A DNA stretch of 64,000 nucleotides from Catajapyx aquilonaris. Its lineage: Eukaryota. Below the pieces are notes generated by a model. That model did no database searches. It worked only from the letters and a program-made list of their open reading frames with translations, and was not told the origin of the DNA. Location of the stretch: the NCBI GenBank assembly GCA_000934665.2, contig JYFJ02001449.1:1-64000 (forward strand), given 5' to 3'. A program made the position numbers and the translations under genes. Shown in pieces: positions 59,885 to 64,000 of this stretch; position 1 is the stretch's first letter, and each line of letters begins with the position of its first letter.

Positions 59885-62800
59885 TTATAAATTTTATAAA
59901 AATATAAATTCTGAAAATTTGCAATGATGAAATTAGTGAGAAGCAATAAGTTCAGGCCAAAGACTTCGTCAAAAATATCATAAAAGGTTACATATTTTAA
60001 TTGAAAATCGAGCCACCATTTGATGGAAGAAAGTCGTGCCTCACAGGTGAATGGTGTGATTGCTAATTTCTGGGCTTAATGAAATCATTATTCGTGCTGG
60101 CAGGATGTGCACAAAGGGTAATGCATCAACAATGGTTTTTACGTCCAGATTTCGGATTTAACCGTTCCCAGGGCGGCCAACTTAATCGCCACATATTTCT
60201 GCATGACGAATGATTAGCAATTTAGATATGTAATTGGCACTTTTTATCGTCGCAATAAAAGTAGGGTTGGGGGGCATCAAAAACGATATATTTTTGGCAC
60301 GATATTTCTAATCCACTTGACAGTAGTTGGCGGTTCCCCAATCCTGATTTGCAAATGAAAATTTATGTGGCGATAGTAATATGTGGGAACCAGAAAGGCG
60401 AACTGTTGACGTGAGGATGGGTGAGGGTGGGAGGTAGGGGACAGAGGGTGGAATCCCCGCAATTAAAAGCCCCCAATAACTATTTTAATGCTCCAAGCCC
60501 TATAGAGTTCTGTCGAAATGGTTTATTGCAAAACGCTGGACGGATTGTGTCTCCGCTCTTTTCTATATATCCTTTGCACCACTAATTACAAGTTGATATA
60601 TGAGCGCCGCCGGATGTTTTATTACGGTTCGCTCATATTGCTTCCGAAAATACTGCGGATTGAAGCTTTTTGGGAACATCTGCCGGCCTCGCCCACCCTA
60701 AAAAATGGTAGCAGTCCCAGAAAAGAAAACTGGGAACAATTTCACACGTGAAATTAAAAACCGGTTGCGACGCGGATCAAAAGAGATGACAAAGGGTTTT
60801 ACTTGTCTCCCACAGCTATTCCCCTGCCGTCTGCGAAAAATTTTTTTATAGTATGGCAGGGAAGGGAGAGGGAAGGGGGTGGTCGGCTTTCGTAATTTTG
60901 CGATGAAACATTACCCGCTCCATTACTCCTACCTTCCTCCCCACCTCCTGCTGAAACCAAGATTGATCTGAGGACAGTGGCGCTGATGAATGGATACGCC
61001 TCGCTTAGCCTAGCCCCCCATAGGAATAACACCCTTCCCTTCCCTCCTCTACTCTCTCGCCTCCAGATGAATTGCAAGCCATTTGAAATATAGACCCTCT
61101 CTTGCGGGGAGAGAGAGGCTCAGGGAAATCGAGGGAGAAAGAAAGCCTTCCAAACAGTACCTGGGAGAGTCTCCCGTGTAATTGACGGCGCTCCAGGATA
61201 AAAGATTTGCTGTACCTAAGCGTACTCTCCGATCAAGTCCGGACTATCGGAGAGTTAAGCTCTATTCGTGTATCTGGAGGTGCAAACACACCCGGGTTTA
61301 GCCATTGAGGATCTGAAATCGGATCCTTGTTAGCCATTGCCGTCATACCGAGTAGTACTATCAATTTGGCAGCAAATTGCTCAGACCATGATTTTGGAGT
61401 AATTAGACCAAAATATGTAGTCACCTCTTTCTCACTACTAGGATTTGACTTTTTGCACAACACTGGTTCCAATTAATAGGCAAGTGACAAAAACACATAA
61501 CCTATCAAAATGTTAATGTCGGAGGCGGTGCGTGTTAACGATTAGCATTAATAGTAGCACAACTGAGCTTTAATTACGTGTAATTGCATTCATTACTAGA
61601 GAGTTTACATAATTCGCTTTATTACGCATTCTAAATTGATTTCGATCTGTGTACTGTACACTATTATTTAATCATCCTGCAGTGCAGTGACTGACTGACA
61701 TGCGCCGACATTATTACAAGTAGCTGCCAATTACTTAATTTGGCGATAACCATTCCGCGCCCGTTCCACATGCCATCCATCCACACCCACCAATTTTTGG
61801 GAGGGGGTGTCCCTTGCACCATCTCAAGTGGCGTCCCCTCTTCAATTACTGTAATTGGAGAGAGGCGAGGTGGGAAATTACAAAGTTGAGCTTCCCTCGA
61901 AACCGACTCGTCATTATGTAGCATCCGGTCGTAAGCGGACACCCAATCAATGATGCAGAGCACCCTGTGGTTTACGTCCTCTATATACCACCCCAACTCC
62001 TCTCACCTCACCTCCTCCAAAAACCAATTCCCCAATATCTCTCTCTGCTTGGGCCCGGGCAGGGCGGAACTTAAGTGGTAACGGAAGCCCCTGGTCCTGG
62101 TTTCGTTTTGCCAGCAAGTTGTAACTGCTCCGGAGGCCCCCGATGTGTAACTGCACCTTTTCTCTCCAACCTGTGGTCTTCGGGTTGGAAAATTAACAAT
62201 CGATAAAGTCGTTACTGGGCCGGTCCATATTCTTGAATATTCGGAGAGGTCTAGGAGGGCCACCAATCAATACGAAATCGATCCTAAAGATGCACCAATT
62301 CACATTTTGTGATTCCAGGCATGTGAGTTGACACACCCTGTATACCGAGTCCATCTGTAATGCGGATGGAAGCCGCGCAAACCGTGGGGGCGATGAAATT
62401 ATCAGATGATTCCCGTCTCTAATCCGAGGCTTTCACAATAGGCTGCTGCACTGCACCATTTCCTCGTTGGGAGGGATATACATCACCACCTGCTGCAGCC
62501 AGCAGAGTGGGTGGAAAACCAATGCCTTGTTATTTCACGTCTCACCAACTCCGTAATAAACCAAGGGGGTATTAATTTTATGCAAATGAACACGCATAAT
62601 CTGGAAGGATGAACGGTGGCTCGGATCATCTGCTGTCCCCTAATGGGTAAACACCGACCCTGCATTTATCGCCATTGTCCTTCAGCCTAATAAAAAACAA
62701 AGAACTTGCAAGGTCCTTGAAAGTTACCTGAGTGCCTCGCATTCCGGCAGCTCTCATTTGTCTCTAGGGCGACGTTTCGCGAGCATTATCGATGAAATAT

Positions 62801-63440
62801 CGCTGATGCTTCACCGGATGATCGTACATTTTACTTAGGGCCTCGGCAATCGTTGCCTTTTATGCAGACACGCACACTTTTTTTTTCCTCCCGTATACGA
62901 GCCAGTCGAGTAGATTTTCACCAAAGGCTCATTACTGGTAGAGAGGAGGTACCTAGTGACGGCTCAGAGACACGGGCCAATTATTCAAAGTGGCTTCCCA
63001 AAGTGGAATACCGGTTAATCACATGCTAATATGACTATCCTCTCGAAACGAGCTCTGCACGAAATGCTTCATAATGATGTCACCGGTGATTTTTTTTCTC
63101 TCTCTCTCACTTCCAGGTTTTCTGCCACACCTTGTATCAGCGAAATATAGCAGGTAGTAATAAAGTTCGAGCCCGCTTTCCTGCGAAGCCGCTTTCACCA
63201 TATACCCGGGTGTAATATCCGGGTGGGAGGGGACCAGTGATGAATCCGGTGTCCCTAGATGAAACGGTTCCCAGGTGTTAGGCGGCGACGGATGTCGTTA
63301 ACACCACAGGCAACTCACTCTCGACACAAGTGCTCTTTACTTCTGATCCCTAAAAACTCGTGTCATATATATTTTTTTCTAGCTCCGAATCCCCTCCCAC
63401 AACTATAGATATTGTATAGCAGAAGCCAGACCGAAACCCA

Positions 63441-63470
63441 TTTTTCTTTTTCTTTTCCTCTCAGGTAATG
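63441..63470 (+). other. Candidate recursive splice site at 63464/63465
   Basis: Uninterrupted pyrimidine tract tttttctttttcttttcctctCAG directly followed by GTAATG. Possible downstream donors at 63513 (weak) and 63569 (AAG|GTGCGA). Confidence 0.45.
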
Positions 63471-64000
63471 TAGAGCGTCGATTCAACCCTGGCCGCCCAG
63501 GGGGCATTTTAGGTGTTCGAAGAACAATTTCCGAAACCATTGAATTTTTTCCCCCTCTACTTTCCAAGGTGCGATTTCTACACCTGCGTCTGCCCAATTT
63601 CACTCGGGGTTATAGATATGGTCCATCTTGCAATAGTGAGCAGAATTTTTTAAAAACAATGACGATGAAGGCCCTAGGGCTGTGATTAAATAAAGCGTCC
63701 AGCGTGTTATGAAATTTTAACGCGGTTTATGGACCACGGTTTTGCTAGTTTGTTGAACGCTGTGACAACATGATGATGATGTATGTACCAAATGACTGCC
63801 ATTTGCTTAATAAATTGGCTCCGTAATTGAGTAATCTGATTAAAGCAAAGCTAACTGGTTCCAAGCATGACTAAGGACCCAACATAGGCCATATTGATTG
63901 ACTGATTGATCTATTCCCACATGTTTTGATCCACATTGTGGCATACTTTCTCGCAATGATGAAACTTACAATGTTAAATCATGTGTCAGTGTAAGCCATA

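Noticed and set aside
62335..62355. caccctgtataccgagt resembling miR-10
   Set aside because: No complementary arm; better explained as a CAGGGTG-type transposon end.

Overview
Eukaryotic, almost certainly animal, genomic DNA. An arthropod source is weakly suggested by (CCTAA)3, TA-CAGGGTG transposon ends and an ecdysone-type IR1 element. About 98% looks non-coding and nearly all ORFs in the supplied track are chance ORFs. I found no prokaryotic features (operons, rRNA/tRNA, CRISPR). The one well-supported gene is a two-exon minus-strand gene (20819-20253 + 20050-19727, 296 aa, GT-AG phase-0 intron, AATAAA). It resembles armadillo-like helical domain protein ARMH2, and the ORF track splits it in two. 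On the + strand there is a textbook recursive-splice (ratchet) site, polypyrimidine-CAG|GTAAGT at 21950, followed by a 67-nt cryptic RS-exon. There is a second candidate at 63465 and several candidate cassette or micro-exons. This suggests the whole window lies inside a very large intron of an unseen + strand gene, with the ARMH2-like gene nested antisense. The rest holds a TSD-flanked truncated retroposon with three 3' stem-loops, decayed CAGGGTG-ended MITEs, three fold-back palindromes, a 39-bp minisatellite and enhancer-type motifs (POU octamers, a Hox/Exd-IR1 composite). All calls were made by eye; no searches were run.
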